A stretch of DNA of 64,000 bases from Dudresnaya verticillata. Taxonomy: Eukaryota. The position numbers were made by a program, and so were the translations under genes. The notes beneath the pieces were generated by a model. It searched no databases and had not been told where the DNA came from. It saw nothing but the letters and a program-made list of their open reading frames with translations. The DNA is taken from contig OZ374558.1 of assembly GCA_977862235.1 (NCBI GenBank), forward strand, positions 930,001 to 994,000, written 5' to 3'. Positions 24,051 to 36,733 of the stretch are shown here, piece by piece; within the stretch, counting starts at the first letter, position 1; each line of letters begins with the position of its first letter.

Positions 24051-24775
24051 AGCCCCGTCTTGCGGCGTTCGAAGTTGGGGCGGAGTGTGCCACAACAGCG
24101 ATTTACGCCAAGTTGGCATACTAGTCTGTAAGCCGTAACGGGCAAATGCCCTGTAACAAGCAGTCATTGCTGGGCATCGCCAGGGTGAGTAATGTGATTG
24201 GCGCCTGGCGTGGACTCACCTGCGCCTCCGCCCCGCATTTGACGCACGATCATTGATGCGGCACTGAGATATTTATCGATTATGCGCCGCCACAGGGGCG
24301 CGAATACGCCTCCCCTTTGCTCATGTAAATTGTGTACAGTACACTGTATTGGCTAGTAATAGCACGGGCACGATCCTATTTATTGGTCCCTTGAATAGCA
24401 AGGCATCCCTTATTGAACCCTACGGGGAGGTTCTCGGTCTTGACCATTTTCTGGATTCCGGGCGCTTCCCCTTTTCTTTTCTGGACGCCAACTACAGGCT
24501 CGTCACCGTACGGCAGGTTCCCTGCGGAATACCGGGTCGCGGCCACCCTTTTCTCCCTTTTTCCTGGCCTCTTGCCATCCCCTTTAGCCTCTACTACAGA
24601 CACGAGCTTCCGCTGCGTACGGCGGTTCCGGACAGGTGCCCTTTGTTGTCTTTGTACTTTCTGGGCGGAGCCAGTGGTGCTACACGGAGTTGGCCTGGGA
24701 GTTCGTGTCGTGTAACGTCCTCTGTACCGCACTGTGGCGATACGTGTATGTTCACGCGCGGTAGTCAGAAACGTT

Positions 24776-24922
24776 AGGGAGAGATGGTAGAGGAAAATAG
24801 AACTTTATTGAAGAAGGGGCCAAAACGTACGATCCAGAGGCGAGTGCATTAGGGAGAGAGGGTAGAGGAAAATAGAACTTTATTGACGAAGGGGCCAAGG
24901 CGTACGATCTAGCGGCGAGTGC
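24776..24922. repeat. Tandem duplication, 2 x ~74 bp
   Basis: TAGGGAGAGA.GGTAGAGGAAAATAGAACTTTATTGA.GAAGGGGCCAA..CGTACGATC.AG.GGCGAGTGC twice. Confidence 0.9.
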
Positions 24923-25413
24923 GCAACGGAAAATGTTCTACGATGTGCTATTCTTGGTATGTCATCTCGCGAGAAGTAGCTGGGCGAGCTCACACAGCCG
25001 CGATAAAGGTCGCGCCGCCGTGGCGCCGGCCGCCTTGTACACCCGGCCATTTTGTTTCAAAATATAATATCGGACCCTGGCCCAATGATAGTTAGTGCGC
25101 AGTGTGAGGCGTCGGGCTCCCTTTTGTCCGAATTTTACCTGTTCAGCTCTACTGCCCGATTTGGACACTGCAAACGGCATGTGACTGGCTGGCGCGAAGA
25201 CCCTCTTGAACGATTTCGAGAGGGCCTTTTCCGAAGGTACCAATGATGGTGAACGTCGTGACGGGGTCTGATTTGGAATCAGAGAATTTCTCACTGTCTG
25301 TTTTTAATTTAAGGCTATATATCCGTATAACCCCTTTCCTGGAAGGTAGTTGCGTCCGGCTATGGTACCGAGGAAAGTACGTTTGTTCGAAAGGCCTTCT
25401 ATTCACTTGAAAC

Positions 25414-25717
25414 TGTTGTAGAACGGAGATGAGAAACGCAGAGGAGTCAGAGGGGATGTCGCGCGTTTGTAAAATATTGACTTAACGGTAAAGTAGTGTA
25501 GGACTGTAAATACGGATACAGTAAAGGGGTTACTACTAATATTCTACCAGAGGTGTATACGGGATCGCTCGCTGTTGTATCGCTCGTAGTCACAGAGGCT
25601 CGCTCGCTCGTAGTGTCATTGCGCGCGATAGGCAAGAGTAAAGGGCACAAAGTCCACCGGAGGTCGGTTCGCACCTTAGCCCGCTTGCCCCCGGATTTGG
25701 TTGGCACCGTGCGCGCG
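25414..25717 (-). repeat. Partial Copia LTR, second copy of 61477-61780
   Basis: ~304 bp closely matching 61477-61780, with the same TGTTGTAGA end; only 3 nt of the PBS remain. Confidence 0.75.
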
Positions 25718-26809
25718 GCGGGTCGTATATACTACAAGGATTAATCTATTGCTGAGCTGGCCCAGCGAAGCAACGCTGTAATAGCTCAGCATCACAATTT
25801 CTTACAGCGTGTAAATATATTAAATGTTATTTTAAGCAGCACGCGCTGTGTGCGCCGTGGGGCGTGCGCGCCTCGTTGCGGCCGCAGCAGATAATACTGC
25901 ACACCCCCCCTTAGCGCGGGTTTATTCCCTGGCGCGGTGTGCGGCATATAAGCGGGCCAGGGAAAGCTGTGCTAACTAGAGTTGGATACGAACGCATCAC
26001 AAGAGCAATATGGCGTATCTATCGACTTTGAAAGAAGAGCCCGTCTTGGTCGAAGATGATCTACCGATTATTTTAACTGCATTGACGTCTCCAGATGAGC
26101 CGGGCCGCCTAACTGGCCTGCAAGCCGCGGGTATGGGCAGGACGACAAGAGTGTGCCACACCAGCCTTCACTGGTGTGGTGCCCGGATTTTGTCTACGCA
26201 ACAGCACGCCGAGCGTCTGATACATGCGAGAACCCCGAAGTCATGCAGGAAGCAACCGAAGATCCCGTGGACTTTTCCATAGGTAATGTGAGCACTCCCG
26301 AGCCGGTGGAGTGCAGGGCTGCCTTTCCGGGGAGCTCCCCGTCTAGATGGACGGATGGGGCAGAGGTCATTGTTTATACGGGTGGCTCGCACAGGGTTGT
26401 TACTGGGTTTTCGGCTGACTTACAGGTGCTGACCACTTCAGATCAGACGTCGTGCGTGTCGGATGGCACAGCGCTGTCGGCGGAATTGGCGGGGCAGATG
26501 TCAGATTTGGACGAAGATGGTCCGACAAACTCACGCACGCCACACGGTTTTCTTCGGGGTGGTGAAGTGCTACTGTCGAATGTTCGTGGCGAACTCATCC
26601 CCGTTTTCTCGGACAGCGACGTAGGTGTACGTCGTAGTATTCCGGCGTTAGGAAGGTGTCGTCTACCATACTGTGGGGTATTGCACTGCAGGGACCCCGA
26701 GTGTCGCTGCGGGAGTTAATGGTTTTCGCCACAGTAGTTATGCACTTATCGAGTAATGCGTGTCGCCTTGTTTTCTTCATGCTTTTGTTTCTTTGCAGAA
26801 AAGTACAAA

Positions 26810-27000
26810 CATAAACTGATCTCTTTTGGGTTTTTGTAAAATCTTTGGAATTGTTTCAAACTTTGCGGAACTTGTCCAGATTTTCGAAACTTTTCGAGAC
26901 TTGTCGAAAGTTTTCGAAAGTTGTGGAAACTCGGGAACTTCTCGAAACTTGTTTGACAAACAACTTTGTGCAGGAAGCATTTTCCAGAAACCCGTATTTC
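26810..27000. repeat. Degenerate short-period AT-rich array (GAAACTT/TTCGA units)
   Basis: ...ttttcgaaacttttcgagacttgtcgaaagttttcgaaagttgtggaaactcgggaacttctcgaaacttg... Confidence 0.6.
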
Positions 27001-27294
27001 GAGTGAGGCAGCGTAAAAGTAATCAAATTTTAACTTTTTGTGCATTCATGCGTGCTTGGGATGTACGATCAGGTTACCGCGCGGTTATCGTTGTAAACGC
27101 GTGATATGCAGCCAATATTGTCGAATGAGGATTATCTGCATAATTATCACGGAAATCCCGCCAAGTGCATATGCTATATATATCAACGTGTCCTGCGGCA
27201 TTTTTCCACCTCTTGGGTTCATGGTGCCGTATGAGTGTGCCTTGGCATATATTCGGGCGGAAAATGGGTAGAATGACAATTGGTGGGTTTCGTG

Positions 27295-28480
27295 CTACTT
27301 GTGGTTCAGAAAGATATCGGAACCCAAGTTTTGTCCAGACAGGCGTTTTTCGGAGCGATCGAAAATGTCTTCGGACAACATTCCAGTTTTGCATGCCTCG
27401 TTCAGCTTCTGGAATGTAGACATGTTTCGCTTGGTCAATGCGATTGCCAAATTGTCAACTCCACGAATCCATTGCACTACGGATATTTCTCGACTCTCGA
27501 ACGAGTCTCGCATTCGCGACACTGTAGGGCGTAGGAGATAGTCTCGTCCTTCATGCAAGGTTGCTATAGTTTATCAAAGCCCATCTGAATCGACCGTTAA
27601 CGCTAACGGCAGCATTGTATCAGACTCGAACGTCTCTTTTAACGCCTGGACGATCAGAGATGAGCGATCGGCGCCTGCGGCAGCAGCTATAATCTCTGCA
27701 CCGATTGAAGAGTATGACACACGGTTCTGCTTCGAGCTATGCCAATCAATGGTATGATAGTGGTTACTTTCTGGAAAATATATTCCGCTCACGTAACCAG
27801 TTTGTCCGTATGAGGTTTTGCCCTGACTCGCGTCCGAGAAGTCTAAACACATCACCTTTCCGTTTTACAACTCTCCCGCTTTTGGCACTTGGTATAGTAC
27901 TTGCGGTGTGAGTCGTTGGATTCCCTGAAGTACCTTGTTTGCCTCGGAGCGATTTCGCACTCTCAAGTCCAATGTCCACTGTTGCAGCAAACTCGCAGCG
28001 TAAGCAGCAGGTGGTGAGATACCGTGTCCCAGCCAGTTCAACTTGCCGGCTAAGCCAATTAGGGCAGTGAACTCGTCAGGCGTGCGACGTTCGTCATGTT
28101 ACTTACTTATTGCGCTTGAGAGTTGTATTTTCTCAATCTTGTCGAGATACGCTTGCATGCTCAGGGTGACGTTGCCTAGTGCATCCTGCGTAATGTGGAG
28201 GCGGTTAAAGACTATTTGCTCGTCGCAAATATATCTACCCACCTTGAAACGTTTGGCTATGTCATCATGGAAACGCCTAACTGAAACCGGAGAGCCGGTC
28301 AGAAGAAATTCGTCAACCATTTTTGCGATTAATAGCGTGATTACCCGGTCTTTTTCTCGAATGACGAAGAATTGCGGAAGAGACCTTTGATCATTTCGAC
28401 TCCGTAAGCGTCTTGCATCCATTCTTCAACGGCTAGTTGCCGCAAGCGGCCTGATTCGACGAGCCCATATGCTGGCACAA
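27295..28480 (-). pseudogene. Copia RT (C-terminal part) and RNase H of the host Copia element
   Basis: YGLVESGR, KMVDEFL, FSDASQG, WHSSKQNRVSYSSIGAEII, TVDS, WIRGVDNLAIALTK. Confidence 0.88.
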
Positions 28481-28485
28481 GTAGC

Positions 28486-29353
28486 TGTGGTGTAAGGGGG
28501 GGCTGCCCCTTTTTCGCTTTGAGCGTATTATGTGGCAACGTCTACCGACGGTACTTCAACCGCCGTTGGCGCGCGAACACGTCATGGACGATTGGCCCAC
28601 GGGCATACGGCCGCCGTTACCCCGCGCGGCGGCGCGCCCGCGCACTGTACGTGCAGATCCGGCTGTATCATCCCGTTCGACAAGGTGTAAGGCGCACGCC
28701 TGTAAGCTTGGCCCGGATCCGGATCGGATCCGGATCGGACATCGGGATCCGGCATCGGGATCCACAGTGATGTAAGGTACGCGCCTGTAATGGCCGCGCG
28801 CCAGCAATACTGGCAGGGATCTGGATCCGAATCCGGATCACTCGCACTTCTACACGCATGCGCCTGTAAGTCACCCATTACTCGCATGCACGCCTGTAAG
28901 CTACTCCTGAGCTCCCGCGCACGCGGCTGCATGGCGACGACGTTGTGTCAGACAATCAACGGCGCGACACGCGTCCTGAGTTCCCGCACACCGCGGCCGC
29001 CGTCGTCGCCCGTGTAGTATATCAGGTAATCCGTCTGAGACGTTGAGTAAACCCCGGACAAGCCGGCCGTGGTCCAGACTTCCCCATTCCGCACGCCCGT
29101 ACTCTCCGCTACCGCTGCCTACGTCCTAAGTGTCTACCTCCCGTGCTTCCGCGATCAACCACCATCGTTGATCTGTTTCGTTTTTGTTCTCTTTTGTTCT
29201 TCCTTTCCGCCTCGGGCGTTTACAGTCCGCCCAAGGCGTGTCAACTGCTCTACCACAAGCCACCCTAGGCGAGGTTACTCACCGCCACGGGCGTCGTTAC
29301 CCACCGAGCCCCGAACTGCTCGGCGGTGTTTCGTCCAGGACGTTTGCACCACA
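28486..29353 (+). repeat. 5' LTR of element D
   Basis: About 15 differences from 41063-41929 by eye. Confidence 0.95.
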
Positions 29354-29355
29354 TC

Positions 29356-29373
29356 TGGTCTCCCGACCTAGAA
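29356..29373 (+). promoter_or_regulatory. Primer-binding site of D (tRNA-Tyr-like)
   Basis: TGGTCTCCCGACCTAGAA, 2 nt after the LTR. Confidence 0.85.
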
Positions 29374-29480
29374 TTGTGCTACGTTTCAACGAGTGACTCC
29401 GTCGTATGACGTCCGACTTTCCGTCTTCAGACGTTCGTCGCCAATCGTCCACGACTTTCAAGCAACTCTACGACTGCATT

Positions 29481-32033
29481 ATGGCCTCACGACCACCGCC
29501 GTCGCGAGGCCGAAGTTCAAGAAGACCGTCATCGAAGCCTGGGAGTGGCCCCGCGTCAGAACGGTCGCTACAGTGGATGACAACAAGATCAGGGCGCCTC
29601 GTGAGCCCGGAGATCGCGTCGGCCTTCCCGACGCCACCCCCGGGCCACGGTCACGCAGGCTCCCACGCGTCGCCTAACGGAGGAGAGTTACCTCCCCCAC
29701 CGACGCGCATTCCTGTTGCCGTCCGCACCTCAGTCCCCGAGGGATCGGCTCTCCGCACCTGCCACTCCTATGTTGACTCGGCTGATACAGTACAAGCCTA
29801 GCAACAGGGCGTCGTAGACGGAAGACAAGTCGACATCGTCGAGGAACAACCGGAACTTCCGGACCAACCCACCATCCCCGTCAGCAACGATCAGGAGCAC
29901 TCCGCGGAGCGCAACGTCGCTGACGACCCATTGACACGTGGGGCATGCTGCCCCACTCCCCGCGGCAGTGCCGGTTGCTCACCGGCCAAGCCGAATTCGC
30001 CAAGCCAAAGGGCTGCAGGAACGCCCAGCCAGTCAACCCCCGAAAGCCATCCGCCAACGGCGTCACCCTCCGCCGTCCGCGTGAGTAACTTAACAATACC
30101 ACGCGAACAGATACGAGAGGTGTGCGTCTTAGAAGACCATGCTTTGCTCGCTAGGTTCACCGGTTTGTTAGACGGCAGTGTCGGAGGAATCGCAAGTCGT
30201 CTACAAACGTTGGAAGAGGATCGGGACGGCGCCCTACAAGGGCTTCGCTCCGATCTTGACCGTCTATTGACGAACCAAAACGCCCATGGCGAGGGTACCC
30301 AACCACCGCCGGCAGTAACTGTCCATTCGCACTCTGAGCTTAGCTCACGCGAACGCTTTCAGCGACTCGCTTGAAGCGTCTTGAAACCGCCAAGTGGCGC
30401 AACGGTCCACCGTCGGGTGACGAGAGCTCGTGCGAAGACCGTCACAGACGCAAGGATCGGAAGAGACGCCGCCGCAAGCTGCGTCATAGACGGAAAAGAA
30501 CCGTCATCGACGTGGGGATTCATCCTCGTCCTCTTCGGACTCATCAAGTGACGGAGAGTCATCCGACTCTTTTTCTGAAGATGACGACTTCCCAGCTCTC
30601 GGCAGTGCCGCAAGACCTCGCGGAAAGCGGTTCAAGGGGTTGAAAGAGCTACGCCCCTCCAACCCCCTCTTCGATCAGCTACTATCGTATAGGACTTATC
30701 GTCTTCAGGAAGTAGGACAGAAAAGCTCAGGGCGCGACACGGGTAAGGTCAAGGACCATATTAAGCGCCTGGAGCTGACCAGGAAGGACGCCGCCTTCAA
30801 CGGCAGCGACCCCGTCATGGTCCTGGAGTTCCTAACGCGCTTCGTGGATGAAGCCGATACGCTGGAGATGAGCGAAGCCCAAGCGTTTGTTGCACTGCCG
30901 TACTTCTTGCGAGGTACGGCATCCACGCAATTCCGCTCTGTCAAGTCGACGTCTTCGCGCCATCGCGGCAGGGTGTCCTCGTATCCGGAGGCGATACAGT
31001 ACCTCCTCTGTACGTATGCTATGCCAGCGGCGATCAGGGACGCTGTCCTCGCCCTACGGTCGACCGTCCAGAAGCAAGGCGAGGACGAGACGACCTATTG
31101 GATGCGACTAGCCGGTGCTTGTATCCGTTGCGGTAACGTATATCCCGGTTGGGAAAAGATGACCCTGTACATCGACGGGTTAGACCCGTCGATCAGGTCC
31201 CTGGTCGCTCCCTTCCGAGAAGAAACGCCAATGGCGGAATTGTCATTCGAGCGGTTGGTTCACTTCTTGCAGACGAAGGAGACGCCAACCGCGCACGACA
31301 CGGCAGGGCCGGCTCCGCGTCAGCACGACGTGACATACTGACACCGGCTCAAGCAGTACGCACATCGCGACCCACCATCGGCGATGCCCGAGGTGTACTG
31401 CGTCCACAGACGAGGGGCGCAACGCCTGGAGCGCACGCTATGATAGCGGAGTCCTCCGTCGAGTTCCGAGACGTTAGCCGCCCTGTCGATGACATGGAAA
31501 CACACGCCGAGGGCGATCTATACCTGGCAGACGAGCAAGCGTCGGGACCAACTTCGGCTCTACCGACGGCCAGCTACGTCGATGACGAAGAAACGAGGGG
31601 AATGGACCCCGCTCTCGACTTTGGGCACTCGATCGTACCCGCGCCACGCGTTCCATATTCCGAGTATGCCCCTCACGTTCACCGGGCAAGGCCCGGATGG
31701 AAGGACAGGGGTCCGCCCCGTCAAGACGCGCGTCGGAAGTTCGTATGCCACCAATGTTACGCTCGCGGACACGTCGCGCCGGACTACTTCCTCCGCATGA
31801 GCGACTTCATGAAGGTTACTACCAACTATGAAGGACTAACCGAAGCCGAGAAGGCTGGCGTCCCCGCTGATGCGTATTTCCGTTGGAAGGAACACGCGAA
31901 CCGCGACGCTGCTCGCCGTGCTGCTCGACCACAATCACCACGAGGCGGACCTATACCGCACGCGGCAGAACGTCATCCGACGATGATCAATCGCTATGTA
32001 GCGCCACAACCACCGCCGTAGGCGAAAAACTAA
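29481..32033 (+). pseudogene. gag of element D
   Basis: ORF pieces 29406-32021; FNGSDPVMVLEFL; degenerate knuckle CHQCYARGHVAPDY; ends ...AAA AAC TAA. Confidence 0.88.
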
Positions 32034-35000
32034 CTCGGGCACCAAATCCTGACACTGGAGTGTCACACCGTGAAGAGAGGCCTAGGCCTCGGGTGTTGAC
32101 ACAGAAGGAGAGCCCGAAGTTGGTTACTGATGACGCCAGCGGGCGGATAGAGTCGTCACAGACGTCATTAAAACGCCCATGGTGAAGGTACCAGCCCCCA
32201 GGCGCGGGGGCAGTTGTTCGTAATGGCCAAGAGGAACTACAAGGTGTACGCCGACTTGGGCGCAACCGTTAGTACCACTGTCCTCGACACGGGGGCTGGT
32301 CCGAATTTCATTCCCATTGACGACATTCCGCTGGAAGCGGGATTACGCATCGTGGCAAGCCTCCCCGTCATAGCCGACGCCAACAATAAGGCGATGCAGA
32401 CAAGAGGCACCATCGACCTGGTCGTTCGTCTCGGACGGCGAGTCGTCAAGTTGGAACTGATCGTTTACGAACGGCTCGCTGCGCCGGTTATACTCGGCTG
32501 CGACTTTTGCGACCGCTTCGTCGAAGCAATCTATCCGCGAAGTCGCGAACTCGAATTGGACGACGGGACTCGTGTCCCTATAACGCGCCGCCCCCTGCGC
32601 CGACCCCCGTCGTATCCTCCGTTACCAACGGAACAGGAATACGATAAGGCCGAAGGAAGGACGTCGCCCAAGATACGAGTAACAGAGCGCGCGATCATCC
32701 CGCCTAAGGCGCAGCAATGGGTATCGGTTACCACCGAGCGCGCCGGGGTCGTCACAATTCAACCGTTCGGAACGCTGTACGACAAACAAGGTCTGGCCGT
32801 TACGAACGGGATTGCTCAAGTGGAGCCGTTAAAAGCGTTTCGCATTTTGGTTGCCAACTTCTCTCCCCGCCCGCAGGCGTTGGCAAAGGACCAAGCCGTC
32901 GCGACGGCGTTACCCCATCCGACAGCAGAGTTCCCCAGTCACGTAAGTCTAGCCGGTGTTTTGGGCCTCACCGAGGAAGAGGCCGAGGAGGAGAAGGCAA
33001 ACCAAGATTTCCGTTTTCAAACGAACGATAATACTACGGCACAGCCGGGTACTTTCACGAAGTCTATCAAGGCAACCACTGCAAAGCCTCCGTCAGTAGA
33101 CGATTTGGACCTGGGACATCTCCCCGCCGAGCATCAAGGCCGGCTTAAGAAGAATTGACACAAGTATTCGTCCATGTGGGACGGTTCGTTGGGAGAAATC
33201 TCAACCACGGAGCACTACATCGACTTGCTTCCCAGATCTAGGCCGATATCGTCCCCGCCTTACCGAGCGGGGCCGAAGCAAAGACAACTCGCTCAAACGG
33301 AAGTGGGCCGCATGCTGCGTCAAGGGGTCATTGAACCCTCACAATCGCCGTGGGCGTCACCGGTGGTCTTCGCCCCCAAGAAGGACGGGACCCTCCGCTT
33401 TTGCGTAGACTACCGCCGTTTAAACGCAGTAACCATACGTGATACGTACCTGCTTCCGCGTATTGCCGAGTGAATTGACAGTCTAGGGGAGGCAAACGTC
33501 TTCACCACCCTAGACTGTAACAGTGGGTACTGGCAGGTGCCGATCAATCCGCGAGATCGCGATAAGACCGCGTTCACGTGCCACGCCGGACTGTTCCGCT
33601 ATAAACGTATGCCTTTCGGTCTCACGAACGCGCCCGCTACGTTTCAACGAACGCTTGACATACTGCTCGCTGGTTACAAGTGGCGTTCGTGCCTCGTCTA
33701 CCTCGACGACGTAATAATCTTCTCCAGCGACATCGACAGTAACTTCCGTCATGTTGACGAGATCCTTTTGACATTGCACCGCGCCGGGGTGACCCTGAAG
33801 TTGACCAAGTGTGACTTCTTCACCCCGGTCGTCAACTACTTGGGTCACGTCATACGTCCAGGACGGTCAGAAGTTGACCGAACTGTCACCGCCGCGCTAC
33901 GCGAAGCCAAGCATCCACGGGATCAGAAGGCGCTCCGGAGCTTCCTCAGTCTTTTTAACGTCTACAGACGGTTATTGTCGCGATACGCGCATGTCGCTGC
34001 CCCCCTCAACAAGTTGCTGAGGAAGGAACAGGACTTTCGGTTACAACCGTTCAATGAGACACAAGCCAAAGCGTTCAGTATGCTCATCGAGGCCGTGACT
34101 CATCCACCTATACTGGCGCTATCACAGCAGGGTCTCCCCTATTCCGTCGATTGTGACACAAGCGAGTATCAAGTCGGATGCGCGCTCTTTCAAACGCAGC
34201 CCGACGGCTAACGGAAGCCACTTGGCTTCTGGTCGCGATCGTTCACCGCTCCAGAGCGTAACTACTCGGTCTCCAAAAAGGAGTGCCTCGCAGTAGCATG
34301 GTCCGTCATGACGTTGCGACCTTACCTCCAGATGGAGTCATTCACTGTAGCGTTCATACGGACCATTCGTCTTTGAGGTGGCTGATGGAAACCAGCGACC
34401 CCTCGGGACGGTTAATGCGGTGGCAACTTCGCCTTTCCGAGTTCGACTTCGTCGTGAAGTACAAGAAGGGGTGCCTGAATACCCAGGCAGATGCCCTTTC
34501 GCGTCTACAGACGAAGGGGAAACCGTTGGACCCATTGACGATGATATACCATGCTATCACGGAAGCTACGCCGAAGACGGACATCAAACGTCACAGGACG
34601 ATCTCTCACACGCCGACGGCGAGGTCGACTTCTCCGAACGAGAGTTTGAAGAGTTCGGCCAAGTGTTGATCAACAACACGCCACCGGCGGATGAGGTAAT
34701 CCTTCTTCAAGTGACGCATGAAGAGTTGGTACACGCCCAAGGCAATGACCAATACTGTAACGAAATCAGGAAGCGTCTGGACGACGGGATCATCTTACCG
34801 TTCGCAACGGATGAACAGGGCCTGTTGGTCCGAACAGTGGAAGCCCGTTCGCAAGCGGTCGTACCCTCCGCGTTACGCGCTCGCTTACTGCAACTCCGGC
34901 GCCACGCCAAGTTGGAAGGGCACCCAGGGGGCGGAAGTTGTATCATACGCTTCGAAGCGAATATTATTGGCCATCCATGCCAGTTGACTGCTACGCGACC

Positions 35001-36733
35001 GTCCGCAACTCCGTAACCTGCGCTAAGAATCGCGTATTGCTGCGAAAGAACACCAAGCAATTGAATTTATTCCCGGCAACCGAGCCTCTCGAGTTCGTAT
35101 CGATCGACATACTGGGCGAACTGATACGCACGAAGCGAGGAAACAAATTCCTACTCGTCATTGTGGACCTCTTCTCGAAGCTGGTCCGGACGGTGCCACT
35201 ACGTATTATTACGGTATTGGAAATCGTTAAGGCGTTTGTATAACATTGGGTCTTCGTGTAAGGCCCCCCCAAGAAACTGTTGTCCGACAACCGACCACAG
35301 TTTGTGGCTAAGTTGTTTCAGGATATCTGCCGTCTTTTGGGGGTGGAGAATATCTTCACCACGACGTACCACCCGCAATGCAACGGCCAGGTATAACGAT
35401 TCAATCGAACTATCCTGGCCTCGCTGCGTCACTACGTTGCGGATCATCCGAGAGACTGGGACCTGTTCACGGATGCCTTGACATTCGCATACAACACACA
35501 GTTTCATTTATCTACGCATCTCGCTCCGTTCGAATTGGTGCTATCTAAGCCACCACGGCCATTGTCGCTTGAACCGGAACCCTCGCTCGAAAGCGTACCC
35601 ACCGCGGGGCAATACTACACCAAGTTGCGAACCAGGCTGACCGCACTGATGGGAACCGCTAAAGCGTCGTTAGAGAAAACTCAAGCACGTTACAAACGGA
35701 ACTTCGATACCCGAGTAAGGAAATCGATGGAAGCAATCGCCGTAGGCGACTTCGTATTCGTATGCAAGGAATACTTCGCTCGAGGCGGAGGCACTGATCG
35801 CGCGGAGCGAAAACATAAGTTGGCGCCAGTGGAGGACGGACCATATCGGGTAACGCACGTTGATAACGAGACAGTAACCGTCGATAAGGGACGTGACGAG
35901 TGGGAACGTTTGTCCCGAGACCGCGTGATCTGGGCGCCGACCCCACCGGGTCAGGCGGCCCCTCCAATCGTAGTACCACCAGGCCCGCCCGCGACGCAGG
36001 ACGCAGAGCCCCCACGTCACAAGACGAGGGGACGATTACCCCAGACACGCCACCAGCGGACCCAGAGGGTGACGCAGAGACTTCGCATACTGCGGGAGAT
36101 CCGCAGGAGCACACAATTGCAACGTCACGCAGTCGTGGGTTGGCAGAGCTTTCGCCCTTTGCCGCCGACCCCGACGACCGCGCTTCGCAATCCGTCTCCA
36201 ACGACGACGGTACCCCAGGGGTTCGCATCCGTTTGGAACACGTCGCTACGGCACCGCCGAATGATAAAAATGACTCCGCTGAAAGCGCGTCCGATAAGGA
36301 AGAAGTTAACCGTGCAAGCACGAAGCAAGACGCTGCAAGCGATGAAGTTGTCCCAAGACGCAACACACCAGTCACCGCTGAACGAGCGTCCAAGACCCGA
36401 GGCCAGCGCCTTCGGCGATCACCCCGTCGAGCCCGCTTCGCCGAACCGGTATAGACGCCCATCACGCAACGAGACGAACCACCAAAGGCGCTCACAGGGC
36501 CCACGCCCAAGCCAATCGCTGTGAGCAGGAAAGAATACGTTATTGAAGGCATCGAGTCGCACGCGAACACGGATGATGATGCGATCCTCTACTGTGTCAA
36601 GTGGTTTGGATACCCCGCTTCAGCGAACACCTGGGAGCCAGTCTCCAGTTTGCCGCGATCACACGTCGTGCGATACCACCGTCGGAAGCACACGCGCCTG
36701 CCGCCCAATATTGACGATGCTCAACGCGGATAA
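32034..36733 (+). pseudogene. pol of element D (protease, RT, RNase H, integrase, chromodomain)
   Basis: [45 protein letters not shown]-like, SIDILG; chromo EYVIEGI...YCVKWFGY...NTWEP; several stops and frameshifts. Confidence 0.95.

Noticed and set aside
24349..24775. Possible additional solo LTR or 142-aa gene
   Set aside because: Pyrimidine-rich like LTR 3' parts, but no termini, TSD or second copy could be identified
26010..26719. ORFs 26010-26282 and 26153-26719; EDDLPI shared with 61019-61327
   Set aside because: A six-residue match with no extension and no recognisable domain
35659..36570. 303-aa minus-strand ORF
   Set aside because: Opposite the low-complexity integrase-chromodomain linker of D; no motif or independent support
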